64,000 bases of DNA. It comes from a virus. The notes beneath the pieces were generated by a model. That model did no database searches and was not told where the DNA came from. It saw only the letters and a program-made list of their open reading frames with translations. Positions 52,913 through 61,387 of this stretch are shown piece after piece (the first letter of the stretch is position 1; every line of letters starts with the position of its first letter). Location of the stretch: positions 66,557 through 130,556 of IMG/VR virus record IMGVR_UViG_3300043331_000441. The stretch is one strand, 5' to 3'. A program made the translations under genes and the position numbers.

Positions 52913-52980
52913 AGTCGCCGGGCGATGTAAATGATCAGCAGAACAAGCAGAACGAGAACCAGCAGCTCAACGAGCGTCAC
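52909..52980 (-). CDS. 23-aa single-TM micro-protein resembling a type IV pilin N-terminal helix
   Basis: GTGA-coupled at both ends; MTLVELLVLVLLVLLIIYIARRL. Confidence 0.65.
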   Translation of the reverse strand: MTLVELLVLVLLVLLIIYIARRL

Positions 52981-53183
52981 TCGGCTGACTCCCAATAATC
53001 GGGTGGGATCGGCTGGGCGACCGACCCCTCATCGAGCGGCAGCTCTGGTGGGATAACAGCACCAACCCCAGCCGGGTCGCCACCTTCATTGAGCAGCCGA
53101 CGTAACTCAAGGAGTTGTTCAACAGAGAGGCGGCGGATGATCTCGGCAATCGTCGCCACAGACAGCTCTGGAGTCTCAGCCAT
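52977..53183 (-). CDS. 68-aa hypothetical protein
   Basis: Start re-assigned to ATG 53183, which overlaps the upstream stop. Confidence 0.55.
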   Translation of the reverse strand: MAETPELSVATIAEIIRRLSVEQLLELRRLLNEGGDPAGVGAVIPPELPLDEGSVAQPIPPDYWESAE

Positions 53184-53379
53184 TGACGAGCCTAATCGTT
53201 GTTTGCTTCGTCTTGAGCAGCTTCTCCCACGAGTCGCTGTCGTGGTTGACCATCTCCAATGCTTGGGGGATGAATGAGATGTTGACGGCCAGAAACGAGT
53301 CCCGCTCATGGTCGACGCTAATGCTGTTGACGCAGTCGTAGATGCGTCCGTCGATCTCAACTACGAGTCCGAACTGCAC
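53176..53379 (-). CDS. hypothetical protein (start uncertain; frame open further upstream)
   Basis: 67-aa track ORF that fills the operon gap. Confidence 0.45.
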   Translation of the reverse strand: MQFGLVVEIDGRIYDCVNSISVDHERDSFLAVNISFIPQALEMVNHDSDSWEKLLKTKQTTIRLVNG

Positions 53380-53452
53380 GCCGGGCGTTTGTCCGGGCTT
53401 GGTGGTTTCGGAACCGGTGATGCCTCTGGTGTGGATCCTGATGTTCAGGACA

Positions 53453-53704
53453 TCACCAACCGCGCCTGGCTCTGATCCAGGGCACCTTCCAGCTCATCGG
53501 AGCGATGCCAGCCCATAAGAGCTTCCGCCACCATGGAGCATCGTTCTCCCAGGCAATGTCCGCGACCCGATGCCACCATTCTGCATCCTCCCAGCCCTGG
53601 TTCCACTCCGCTTCAAACCGGTCTAATGCTTTGTTGGCCTGCTCATCCGTGATCAGTTCGAACTCGCGCAGGGTCTCGATCATCCATGGGTAGCTCATGC
53701 TCAC
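53453..53704 (-). CDS. Trp-rich hypothetical protein
   Basis: 83 aa; GTGA-coupled. Confidence 0.6.
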   Translation of the reverse strand: MSMSYPWMIETLREFELITDEQANKALDRFEAEWNQGWEDAEWWHRVADIAWENDAPWWRKLLWAGIAPMSWKVPWIRARRGW

Positions 53705-54525
53705 GACATTGCCGCCCTGAGCTTCGCCGCATCGTTCTCTCGGTCTTGTTGTGTTCTCTTGTAGAGGTCGACAACGCCATCTTTGAGACCACGCTCCTCA
53801 CGCTCGGCGTGAGTTTGATCGCGCTCAGCCTTTCCGAACGTGTAATGCCAGTGTTCGGTCACGAACGGCAGGAGCTTGTGTCTCCCGATCATCTTCGCGA
53901 CCTCGTTAAGCCACACGTCGTTCCAATCGGACGAGAACAGTGGAGGCACGAAGTATCCCACTGTTTCAACCCATTTGCGATGCAGGAAGCCATGCGTGCC
54001 GAACGTTTCTCCGTGCGGTCCACGATCATCGCCGTAGGCAAACAGGATCTTGTCAGGTGTTTCCGCGAACGCCTTGCGGACGACGGCATCCCAGCCAGGC
54101 GTGTCAAACGTGAGGTCATCCCCGCAATGCATCATGATCTCGCCACGGGCCTTCGCTGCGCATTCATTCCAGCATGCTGACAGCAAGGCCCGTGGCCCCA
54201 CGAGATATTCAACGCCACGGAAGTGGGGTGAGAAATAGTCCTCGACGCGGGGGTCATCCTCGTCAAGCCGCACGATGAACTCGATCCGACGTGTATGGGT
54301 TGCTGTTTGGAACGCGGTCAGGATCGTGCGACCTAGCCAATCGGGGCGCCCCCGCGAAGGGACGAGAATCGAGATCATGGTTGGTTTGTTTTCACCGACG
54401 CGGCGGATTGTCACATCAGTCTGTTCGGGGATATAGCGCCATGGGTCGATCACCGTACTACCCGGCCCGAAGTCCATCTCGGTGTACTGCGCGTGTTTGG
54501 TCGCGACGAAGTAGACCTTGCTCAC
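53701..54525 (-). CDS. GT2 glycosyltransferase with a 49-aa N-terminal extension resembling the missing Ugd C-terminus
   Basis: GTG 54525 overlaps the peptidase TGA; ISILVPSRGRP, MHCGDD, WNDVW, EHWH GT-A motifs from 54378. Confidence 0.88.
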   Translation of the reverse strand: MSKVYFVATKHAQYTEMDFGPGSTVIDPWRYIPEQTDVTIRRVGENKPTMISILVPSRGRPDWLGRTILTAFQTATHTRRIEFIVRLDEDDPRVEDYFSPHFRGVEYLVGPRALLSACWNECAAKARGEIMMHCGDDLTFDTPGWDAVVRKAFAETPDKILFAYGDDRGPHGETFGTHGFLHRKWVETVGYFVPPLFSSDWNDVWLNEVAKMIGRHKLLPFVTEHWHYTFGKAERDQTHAEREERGLKDGVVDLYKRTQQDRENDAAKLRAAMS

Positions 54526-55343
54526 AAGGGCAGCTCCACCGATGTCCACGCTTCACCGTAGGCCTGATATAGGCCTGTCCAGTCAGAGAGCTTCATTTTG
54601 AACGAACCGCTGAGGCCCCAGTTTCCACCCCATGAGTTCTTGAAGATCAGCGTGTCGCCCTGGACGCCGTAGAGCAAATATGCGTGCCCGCCCGCGTAGC
54701 CTCCGGTTGGCTTGATGTATCCGCTCGCGTCTGGTTCGAACATGTCGTACGTCCAGTCGGTGCCGACGACCAGCGGCCCATGCTGGCGTAGCCAGGCGAG
54801 CACGTCTGCGATCGTCGCCGCCGCGGCGTATGTGGTGAGACGGCCACGAGCCTGCATTGCCTTTGCTCCGTCACGCGGGTAGGCCCCGTCCTCCTCACCG
54901 GGGCGCCCTTCGATCACCTTGCACTCGTAGTAGATCGCGTGCCCGTCGCTGTCTCCATAGGTGTTCTCAACTGGCTCGGCATCGCTCCAGCCTGCCCAGC
55001 TAAAGCCGACGCAATGCCCGGTGTTGCTTTGGTCGAGCTGAAAACCAGTGACGTCCCATGACTTGTCGGTCGTTGGCACAGGCGGCGGGCCGCCAGCGAT
55101 CTGCGCCAGCGCATTGAACGCCTTCCACCAGTGGGTCACGGTGACATCGCTGTAGTAACGGGCGGCCCACTGCTTGTAGGTGATCGTCGTCTTTCTCAGC
55201 TCTGCGGCCGCGTAGAGCGCCAAGTCTTCTGCTGTGCCAGCGACCAACTCGCTGCCGAGCGCTTGAAAGTTTGCGAGCCGAAAGTCGCGTAGGTCTGGTG
55301 GTGATGGCTTGCGACCAAGGAGTTGCGGGGATGGTTCAGCCAT
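54522..55343 (-). CDS. papain-like (C1) cysteine peptidase
   Basis: LDQ..TG.CVGFS (Gln/Cys), GGHAYL..G (His), KNSWG..WG (Asn); N-terminal PDLRD. Confidence 0.88.
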   Translation of the reverse strand: MAEPSPQLLGRKPSPPDLRDFRLANFQALGSELVAGTAEDLALYAAAELRKTTITYKQWAARYYSDVTVTHWWKAFNALAQIAGGPPPVPTTDKSWDVTGFQLDQSNTGHCVGFSWAGWSDAEPVENTYGDSDGHAIYYECKVIEGRPGEEDGAYPRDGAKAMQARGRLTTYAAAATIADVLAWLRQHGPLVVGTDWTYDMFEPDASGYIKPTGGYAGGHAYLLYGVQGDTLIFKNSWGGNWGLSGSFKMKLSDWTGLYQAYGEAWTSVELPL

Positions 55344-55346
55344 GTC

Positions 55347-55985
55347 CTACTCCTTTACGGGCGGTGTGATCCCGCGCAGCGCCCATGTTTGTTGGTAGTA
55401 CTCGTCGTCTGGATCTTCGCGCGCGAGGCTGACGATGCAGGATTTGCGCACACGTGTCCAGCGATAACCCATCTCGACTACCGCTGGCGAGAGAAGCGAG
55501 TCTTCAGTCCAACCAGGCGGGTATTCGACACCCCAGGGACGCTCGTCGTAACGCAACCCCTTGTCCCACAGCTCGCGTCGAATCACGTTGTTGCCGCCGA
55601 CGTTGCTGGGGGCGCTGAGTTCCTCTTTGCTGGTCCGCAGTCCGACTTGGCCAACGTGGACATCGCGGAAGCGGTCGAGCATCGCTTCGCACCAGCCGCC
55701 CAGATATGAGAAGTCGTTGTCGGAGCGATGTAGGAATGTCGTCTGCGGCGGCATCTGTTCCCAGCCCCGGTTGCAGGCAAAGCCGGGGAAACGATTCTGT
55801 TCAAGGAAAATGACCGTGTCGTGCGGTGAAACATCGAGTGTCAGCCAGCGTCTAGTCTCGTTATCTGACGCGTTATCGACGATCACGAGCGAGTACGGCA
55901 CAGAAACAGTCTCTTTGTATGACCTGTAACACTGCTGGAGAAGCTCCAGACGGTTGAACGAGATGATCACCGAGTGAAGGTGCAT
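55347..55985 (-). CDS. GT2 glycosyltransferase
   Basis: IISFNR, IVDNASD, SDND, EDS motifs. Confidence 0.88.
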   Translation of the reverse strand: MHLHSVIISFNRLELLQQCYRSYKETVSVPYSLVIVDNASDNETRRWLTLDVSPHDTVIFLEQNRFPGFACNRGWEQMPPQTTFLHRSDNDFSYLGGWCEAMLDRFRDVHVGQVGLRTSKEELSAPSNVGGNNVIRRELWDKGLRYDERPWGVEYPPGWTEDSLLSPAVVEMGYRWTRVRKSCIVSLAREDPDDEYYQQTWALRGITPPVKE

Positions 55986-56773
55986 CAGCGTGCTTCGCAG
56001 GACGTACAGAGCGGAGCAAGTTCCGATTTCGCAAACAGTGCGGTCTGGCCTGCATCGAGATCCCTTGCCTGTCTACTCGCCCAGACGCTTGCGACTATCC
56101 CGCGCTTCTCACACTCGGCCTCCAGTGCATTGATCTGACGCGCTGTATCTGGGAACCAGGCGGCAATGTCATGGATTTCTTCCGAACGTGCCAGCGCACC
56201 ACAGAGACACTCGCCCGATCGATGCAGCAGATCAACAACTCGATTGCGCTGAAGTCCCTTTCGTTCGATGAACTCGTTGCAATCAAGCTTCGTCCAGTCA
56301 AGGATCGGAGAAATCCACGTCATCCGCGTGTTTTTCGAATCGCGTCGGATCGGGACGCTGATGCCAGCGCCCATCCGACGTACAGATTCGTCTTTCCGAA
56401 TACCGGTCACAAAACCGTGCCGCCCCTCGATTCGTCGATGCCAGCGCAGCAACGGCTGCTGCTTCAAGTAGAAGAGCATCGTGTTGTGGCTCGCGCTGCC
56501 GTAGGGGAAGCCGCCGCGCGTGAGCACAAGTTCTGCGTAACGCCCCTCCGGAGCGTGAACCTCATGCAACGACCAGCGCTGGCGCTCGCAGGTGTCGCGC
56601 ACGAACTGGCGCGTTTCTTCGATACCGATCCCCGTGTTGATGTGCACAACACCGGCAAATAGCGGGTGTTGTGCTGCAAGTGCGGTCGAAACGAGTGAAT
56701 CGTGACCGCCAGAGAAAAGTGCGTAGATATGCGTAAGATCTTCTTGCGCGACAGCATCCTCAAATACACTCAT
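55985..56773 (-). CDS. PAPS-reductase-family (PP-loop) protein
   Basis: LFSGGHDS, HINTG, GIRKDES.RR, PILDW, SGECLCG, C-terminal CTSC. Confidence 0.88.
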   Translation of the reverse strand: MSVFEDAVAQEDLTHIYALFSGGHDSLVSTALAAQHPLFAGVVHINTGIGIEETRQFVRDTCERQRWSLHEVHAPEGRYAELVLTRGGFPYGSASHNTMLFYLKQQPLLRWHRRIEGRHGFVTGIRKDESVRRMGAGISVPIRRDSKNTRMTWISPILDWTKLDCNEFIERKGLQRNRVVDLLHRSGECLCGALARSEEIHDIAAWFPDTARQINALEAECEKRGIVASVWASRQARDLDAGQTALFAKSELAPLCTSCEAR

Positions 56774-57402
56774 ACGACCCGCTCTTGGTACAGCTCGGGA
56801 AATAATTCAGCCTGCACGCGCAAATGCATTTCTACCTGCGCCTTGCGGTCGCGCCACATTGTTCGATGCGCAGACTGCGGGTTGATGTGGGCGTTGTAGA
56901 TCGCCTGTGGTACGGGGAAGACACGCGCGCCTGCTTTCCAACACTTGGCCCACAGTGACCAATCTTCAAAACCGTGCGGGTAGTTGCTGAATCCTCCGAC
57001 TTGCTGAAAGAGCCTGCGCCGCAGTACCGTGCCAACAACGAGGTAGTTATCTGTACTGAGATCCTTTTCCGGGATCAAATACACCGGGCCAGGCCGTCCT
57101 TTGCGGTGATAACAGACAGATGGCTGCAATAACGCTGGTTCAGGCCGTGCATCGGAGCAGATTGCCTCCGTCATCGCACGGCAATAGTCGTAATGCAGGT
57201 CGTCATCGGCGTCGAGGAAGAGCAACCACTCTCCTGTGGCCCGTGACGCAGCACGGTTGCGAGCTGGGCCTATCTCACCACCGCGATCGTGGTGATAGAT
57301 CACTTCATAGGCGTTCTGTTCTTGCGCTGAGGGAATGGCGCGTTGCATCGCAACCTCGCGCCAGTGATCTGCGCCGTAGGTTGTAATGACAATGGAGATC
57401 AA
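56770..57402 (-). CDS. GT2 glycosyltransferase
   Basis: ARNRAA..A.GEWLLFLDADD, GGF...EDW.LW. Confidence 0.9.
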   Translation of the reverse strand: MISIVITTYGADHWREVAMQRAIPSAQEQNAYEVIYHHDRGGEIGPARNRAASRATGEWLLFLDADDDLHYDYCRAMTEAICSDARPEPALLQPSVCYHRKGRPGPVYLIPEKDLSTDNYLVVGTVLRRRLFQQVGGFSNYPHGFEDWSLWAKCWKAGARVFPVPQAIYNAHINPQSAHRTMWRDRKAQVEMHLRVQAELFPELYQERVV

Positions 57403-58097
57403 CGCTGCCGCTCCATGCGTAGCCGTTCTTGGTCAAGACGCGCGATCTTGCCGCGGCGTTGCATAAACATTCGCTGATCGTGTGATGTAGAGCGATGTGC
57501 CTTCTCATACGTTGCATCCATCTCCGATTTGCCCCAATGCGGATGCAAATGTTCGACTATGGAACGCTTTGAGAAGACAAATTGACGTCTTCGCGTTGCG
57601 GTCTCGATGAATTCACTATCTGTCCATTGGTGATCGTAGGCCTCGGAAAAGATCAGCCCCGTCCCATCGGAGGTACCGCCGTAGTGCGTGATATAGGAAC
57701 GAGCAAAGAGCGAATGCGTCGAATGACGTCCGCGCTTGACAAGCGGGTTACCAAGGTCGTTCGTGCCGACGACACCACAGCCCGTGCGCTCAGCAAGCTT
57801 GAGCGCATACACATCCCAGCCCGGATAGAAAACAAGGTCGGTGGCTCCCTGGAAGAGCCACGGTTCATCTGTCTGCTCGAAGCCAAGCGCAAGCTTTTTG
57901 GCGTAATCAGCCTTTCCGGGCTGCCACGTTGCTGTTAAGAGCAGTGCTTGTGAATCTTTTGCCTCCTCGATCGCCGTATCCCCGGGCGAGAAGATGAATA
58001 CGACCCGATGTGCGCTACTAGTGTTTTCGGCGACAGAGGCGAGGAGCGGCTTGATCTGCTGGGGGCGCCCCAGCACGGGAATCAGCAGTGCGATCAC
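57399..58097 (-). CDS. GT2 glycosyltransferase
   Basis: LIPVLGRP, GA.DL.F..GW, GTNDLGN, H.W.D.E, VEHLHP. Confidence 0.85.
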   Translation of the reverse strand: MIALLIPVLGRPQQIKPLLASVAENTSSAHRVVFIFSPGDTAIEEAKDSQALLLTATWQPGKADYAKKLALGFEQTDEPWLFQGATDLVFYPGWDVYALKLAERTGCGVVGTNDLGNPLVKRGRHSTHSLFARSYITHYGGTSDGTGLIFSEAYDHQWTDSEFIETATRRRQFVFSKRSIVEHLHPHWGKSEMDATYEKAHRSTSHDQRMFMQRRGKIARLDQERLRMERQR

Positions 58098-58336
58098 GCC
58101 AGGATCGCACTCAGCATCTCAGATAGCTCTTCGGGTGTGAAGCGTGATTGCCAGTAGTTGATGTCGTCTTCGGTCGGCGTGATCGACTGCACTGCGCGAC
58201 ACATACGACAAAGATGTGGCCTGCCTTCCGCGACTTTGCGACGAGCGGAGCGGTCGTTGATTTGGTCGAAATCACCGCACTGTGTGCAGCGGATCGACAC
58301 CCGTCTTGGCGGCTTACGCGTGTGAATGGTCTCCAT
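58094..58336 (-). CDS. small zinc-ribbon protein
   Basis: CTQC...CRMC. Confidence 0.65.
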   Translation of the reverse strand: METIHTRKPPRRVSIRCTQCGDFDQINDRSARRKVAEGRPHLCRMCRAVQSITPTEDDINYWQSRFTPEELSEMLSAILA

Positions 58337-58364
58337 GGGCGCGAAAGGATACGGTCAGCGTCGG

Positions 58365-59966
58365 CTATGCGGCTGCTCGACGACGAAGTCTGTGAATCCC
58401 GCTGGTCTTGATCGGGGCATTCTGACGACTCCGAATCCAGTTTCCGAACTGGCTCCAAGCGTCCACATCGTCGTCATGCTTGGCATGGGGAAAGCTGGCA
58501 CAGCTGGCGATGAACTTTGCCACGTCGGCGGGAGTTCGATGTTCGTCGTAGGCCGGTTGCCAGGGGGGTCCATATCCAGGCAGGAAGTAGTTACCTGACT
58601 CCAGGGCATCTGATGCTGATTCTGCACGGGTCTCCTTGTTTCCTTCTACACCAGCAGGGATCTTCTGCACACCAGTAATTTCCCGCTTCAAGTCCACGAT
58701 CAGCTCTACGCCATAGCCTGCGTTCTCGATCAGAACCGAGAAATAGCTCGTTCGCCAGGTCTGTCGCGCCCAATTGGCCATGTCGCGGATCGTCCGCTTT
58801 GCTTTGCCGTAGTTCATCTTGTCGCAGACAAGGTCAAGCAGATAGCGATCTGCGCCCTTGACGCCCCAGCACTGGATCGCAACGTTGTCTGATGTCTCTT
58901 TGTCTTTGAGCGGTGTGTCGACCGAGATCACGATCTGGTCGAAGCGGTCGAGTTCTTTCCAGCGTTCCATCGTGCGGATACGCGGATCGTAGAAACGCCA
59001 CCACTCGACTTTGAGGATCTCGCCTTCACGGGCGGCTGGTCGCTGCTGCAGCTGTCCGGCGGCACGGTGGCTGCCGAGCGATCGTGCCAGCGCCTCCGAT
59101 GCTTTCTCGTCGCGATGGTCTGGCCATAACAGCTCGCCTTCTGTGCGCGGGTCATTGGGCCAGACAAACGGATGGTCTGGTTCGTAGCGTTCGGGCAGGC
59201 AAAGAACGGTCCAGTCTTCGAGGTCAAGCACGTGCGCGGCAAGGTCGTCTTCGTGCAGACGCTGCATCACGATCACACGCGCATGCTTGAAGCCGATGTC
59301 GATCCCGCGCGTGGAGAGCGTGCCGTCCCACCAGGTGTTTGCCTCGTCAAGCGAGGCGCGGCTGGTGGCGTCGGCGGCGTCGGCCTTGATCGGGTCATCG
59401 ACGATGATCCGATGTCCGTGCTCCCCGGTTCCGGTCGACTTCGGGGCGGTCGCGAGGCGTGTGCCGCCACGGTCGTTGCCGTAGTAGTGCTCGCCTTCGC
59501 GCACGAACTGGAACATGTGGCCCCAGCGCAGCTGGTACCAGTCACTCATCATCAGTGTGCGGCTCATGGCCGACATGCGTCCAGCGAGGCGTGTCTCGTA
59601 GGAAGCCGACCAGTAGCGCAGCCAGGGGCGGGTCGTCCATTCCCATGGATGCCAGAAGACGGAGACGGTGCCCGTCTTCATTGATCCTGGGGGCACCCAG
59701 ATCTGTAGACGGGTTATCTCTCCGTCTGAAACCGCTTGCAGGTGTTCGCAGATCGCGTCGATGTGCCAGTTGTGGTGGTAGGGCACCTCTGGATTGAGCA
59801 CATGCCAGCCGGAGGCGATGAACTTCGAGAGCGACTTGGGAAGTTCTTCACGCTCGCGTGAGACGTCGCGCCGCGCGCGTTCGGCAAGCAACGCCTCGTA
59901 CAGCCGTTTGGTCTCGTCGCTGAGACCGGGCGTGAGGTCAGGCAGCTGCTGACTCGTCGTCGACAT
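58365..59966 (-). CDS. terL: terminase large subunit
   Basis: VPPGSMKT Walker A, IIVDDP Walker B, MQRLHEDDL, nuclease ISVDT and HDDDVDA. Confidence 0.95.
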   Translation of the reverse strand: MSTTSQQLPDLTPGLSDETKRLYEALLAERARRDVSREREELPKSLSKFIASGWHVLNPEVPYHHNWHIDAICEHLQAVSDGEITRLQIWVPPGSMKTGTVSVFWHPWEWTTRPWLRYWSASYETRLAGRMSAMSRTLMMSDWYQLRWGHMFQFVREGEHYYGNDRGGTRLATAPKSTGTGEHGHRIIVDDPIKADAADATSRASLDEANTWWDGTLSTRGIDIGFKHARVIVMQRLHEDDLAAHVLDLEDWTVLCLPERYEPDHPFVWPNDPRTEGELLWPDHRDEKASEALARSLGSHRAAGQLQQRPAAREGEILKVEWWRFYDPRIRTMERWKELDRFDQIVISVDTPLKDKETSDNVAIQCWGVKGADRYLLDLVCDKMNYGKAKRTIRDMANWARQTWRTSYFSVLIENAGYGVELIVDLKREITGVQKIPAGVEGNKETRAESASDALESGNYFLPGYGPPWQPAYDEHRTPADVAKFIASCASFPHAKHDDDVDAWSQFGNWIRSRQNAPIKTSGIHRLRRRAAA

Positions 59967-60660
59967 CGATCACTTCGGCTTCGCCGATCTGTCGCGCCTC
60001 AACGGTGGAGATCAGCTTGTCGAGATCGCCGTCGGTCAGCTCGGGGAATACCTGTTCGACGAGCAGCTTCAGTTCGTTGGTTGTGCCGCCCATGATCTCG
60101 GTCTTCTTGGTCAGGAAGGCCTCACGGAACTCTGGCAGGTGGATGATCGCGAGGTCGCGTGCGGCGCGATAGTCACCGTTTTCCGCCATTCGATGGATCG
60201 TGGCCCGCAGCCCTTCCTGATAGTTCGGGTAGCCAATCTTCTTCGCCTCGCCGTACTGTTCGGCAAACGCCGCGTCTTTCTGTGCGCGGCGATGGATCTG
60301 CGTCAGCGTTGTCTTTGGCTCCAGCAGCTCGGCGGCATCTTTCATCGGCACACCCGCCTCGATGTACTCGCAGAACTGCTCCAGCATTTCGGGCGTCAGG
60401 TAGTCGGCCTTGACGTGCCCGGAGAGCGTGGTTGTGCGCGGTTTGCCTGCGTCTACGCGTGCTGGTGCTTTCTCGCGTCCCTCGGCGCGCGCACGCAGGT
60501 AATCGGCCGCGAAGAATGGGTCGTAGTCACGGCTTTTCTCCGAGAGCAGCCGTCTGAACATCGAGGCGGTGTAGCTCTCGTGCGTGAGTTCAGCGGCTTC
60601 TGGTGGAGATTTGCCAGCGCGCAGCCACGTCAGGAAGGTCTCTTTCTCTTCCTCCGTCAC
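59938..60660 (-). CDS. terS: terminase small subunit
   Basis: 240 aa helical with tandem HTH-like repeats (F...L.AG......AA); overlaps terL. Confidence 0.75.
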   Translation of the reverse strand: MTEEEKETFLTWLRAGKSPPEAAELTHESYTASMFRRLLSEKSRDYDPFFAADYLRARAEGREKAPARVDAGKPRTTTLSGHVKADYLTPEMLEQFCEYIEAGVPMKDAAELLEPKTTLTQIHRRAQKDAAFAEQYGEAKKIGYPNYQEGLRATIHRMAENGDYRAARDLAIIHLPEFREAFLTKKTEIMGGTTNELKLLVEQVFPELTDGDLDKLISTVEARQIGEAEVIDVDDESAAA

Positions 60661-60693
60661 GCCGCCAGTGTAGGGCGACGATCGGATGCGTGT

Positions 60694-60897
60694 CTAGTTT
60701 CGCGGCGGCATCGTGATGTGGATCAGGCGCTGCACAAGGATCTCGTCCTTGATCAACATGCGAGCGGTGATCTTCGCACGATGCAGATGCTCGGCGCAGA
60801 GATAGACCTCGCCAAGGTATTTGCCATCGGCCAAGTGCACACCGCGGTAAGCGAGCTTGGCGGTCTTCCCGCATGTCTTCCAGTAGCACGTAATCAC
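60694..60897 (-). CDS. small Cys/His-containing hypothetical protein
   Basis: GTGA-coupled start 60897; CYWKTC...LCAEH. Confidence 0.55.
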   Translation of the reverse strand: MITCYWKTCGKTAKLAYRGVHLADGKYLGEVYLCAEHLHRAKITARMLIKDEILVQRLIHITMPPRN

Positions 60898-61220
60898 TTG
60901 TCGAGTTTCGCGGCCGCAATCACAACAGCGTTGATCGCCAGTGGAACCGCTACGAGCACGGTGGCGTGCGGCCACAGCATCCAGGCTCCCCACCAGAGAA
61001 GCGAAATCCAAAAGCCAGCACAGTAGGGGCAGGTGAGGAAGGTGCCCCATTCGAAGCGGTAGTCGTCGTTGGGGTCCTCGCCCTCTTGCCAGTCAGGGTC
61101 GAGGTTGAGGACCCAACGACGGGGTCGATCGAGGATTTCGTCTTCGGCCAGTAAGCGGAAGATCCGCCAGGCCGCAAGGCCAAGCAGAAGAAATTCCCAC
61201 CAGCTCGGAACGTCAACCAC
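60894..61220 (-). CDS. DUF1360-like membrane protein
   Basis: WRIFRLL..D.I....R...CPYC.GFW plus TM helices. Confidence 0.75.
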   Translation of the reverse strand: MVDVPSWWEFLLLGLAAWRIFRLLAEDEILDRPRRWVLNLDPDWQEGEDPNDDYRFEWGTFLTCPYCAGFWISLLWWGAWMLWPHATVLVAVPLAINAVVIAAAKLDK

Positions 61221-61378
61221 TACTTCTTCTTCTTTGCCTTGTCCTTCGCCTCTTCGGCGGTGCGCTTCTCATCGGTTGGCGGCTCGGTTGGGTCACGATG
61301 GATGCGCTCGTATGTCTGGTCGTCGGCGTGGTCGCCTTCGACCGGCGTCCAGGCTGTGTCATCGCGCTGTGCGGGCAT
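61220..61378 (-). CDS. 52-aa charged hypothetical protein
   Basis: Translated by hand (MPAQRDDTAWTPVEGDH...KKK); AGGA SD. Confidence 0.55.
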   Translation of the reverse strand: MPAQRDDTAWTPVEGDHADDQTYERIHRDPTEPPTDEKRTAEEAKDKAKKKK

Positions 61379-61387
61379 TGGTTCCTC

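Noticed and set aside
52977-53183. Resemblance to the ribosomal protein L7/L12 N-terminal helix (IAEIIRRLSVEQLLEL)
   Set aside because: Similarity is limited to a generic amphipathic helix and the C-terminal domain is absent
53380-53452. Frameshifted or CTG-start extension of the 53176..53379 ORF
   Set aside because: The frame is open upstream, but I have no homolog knowledge to fix the start, so the evidence is insufficient
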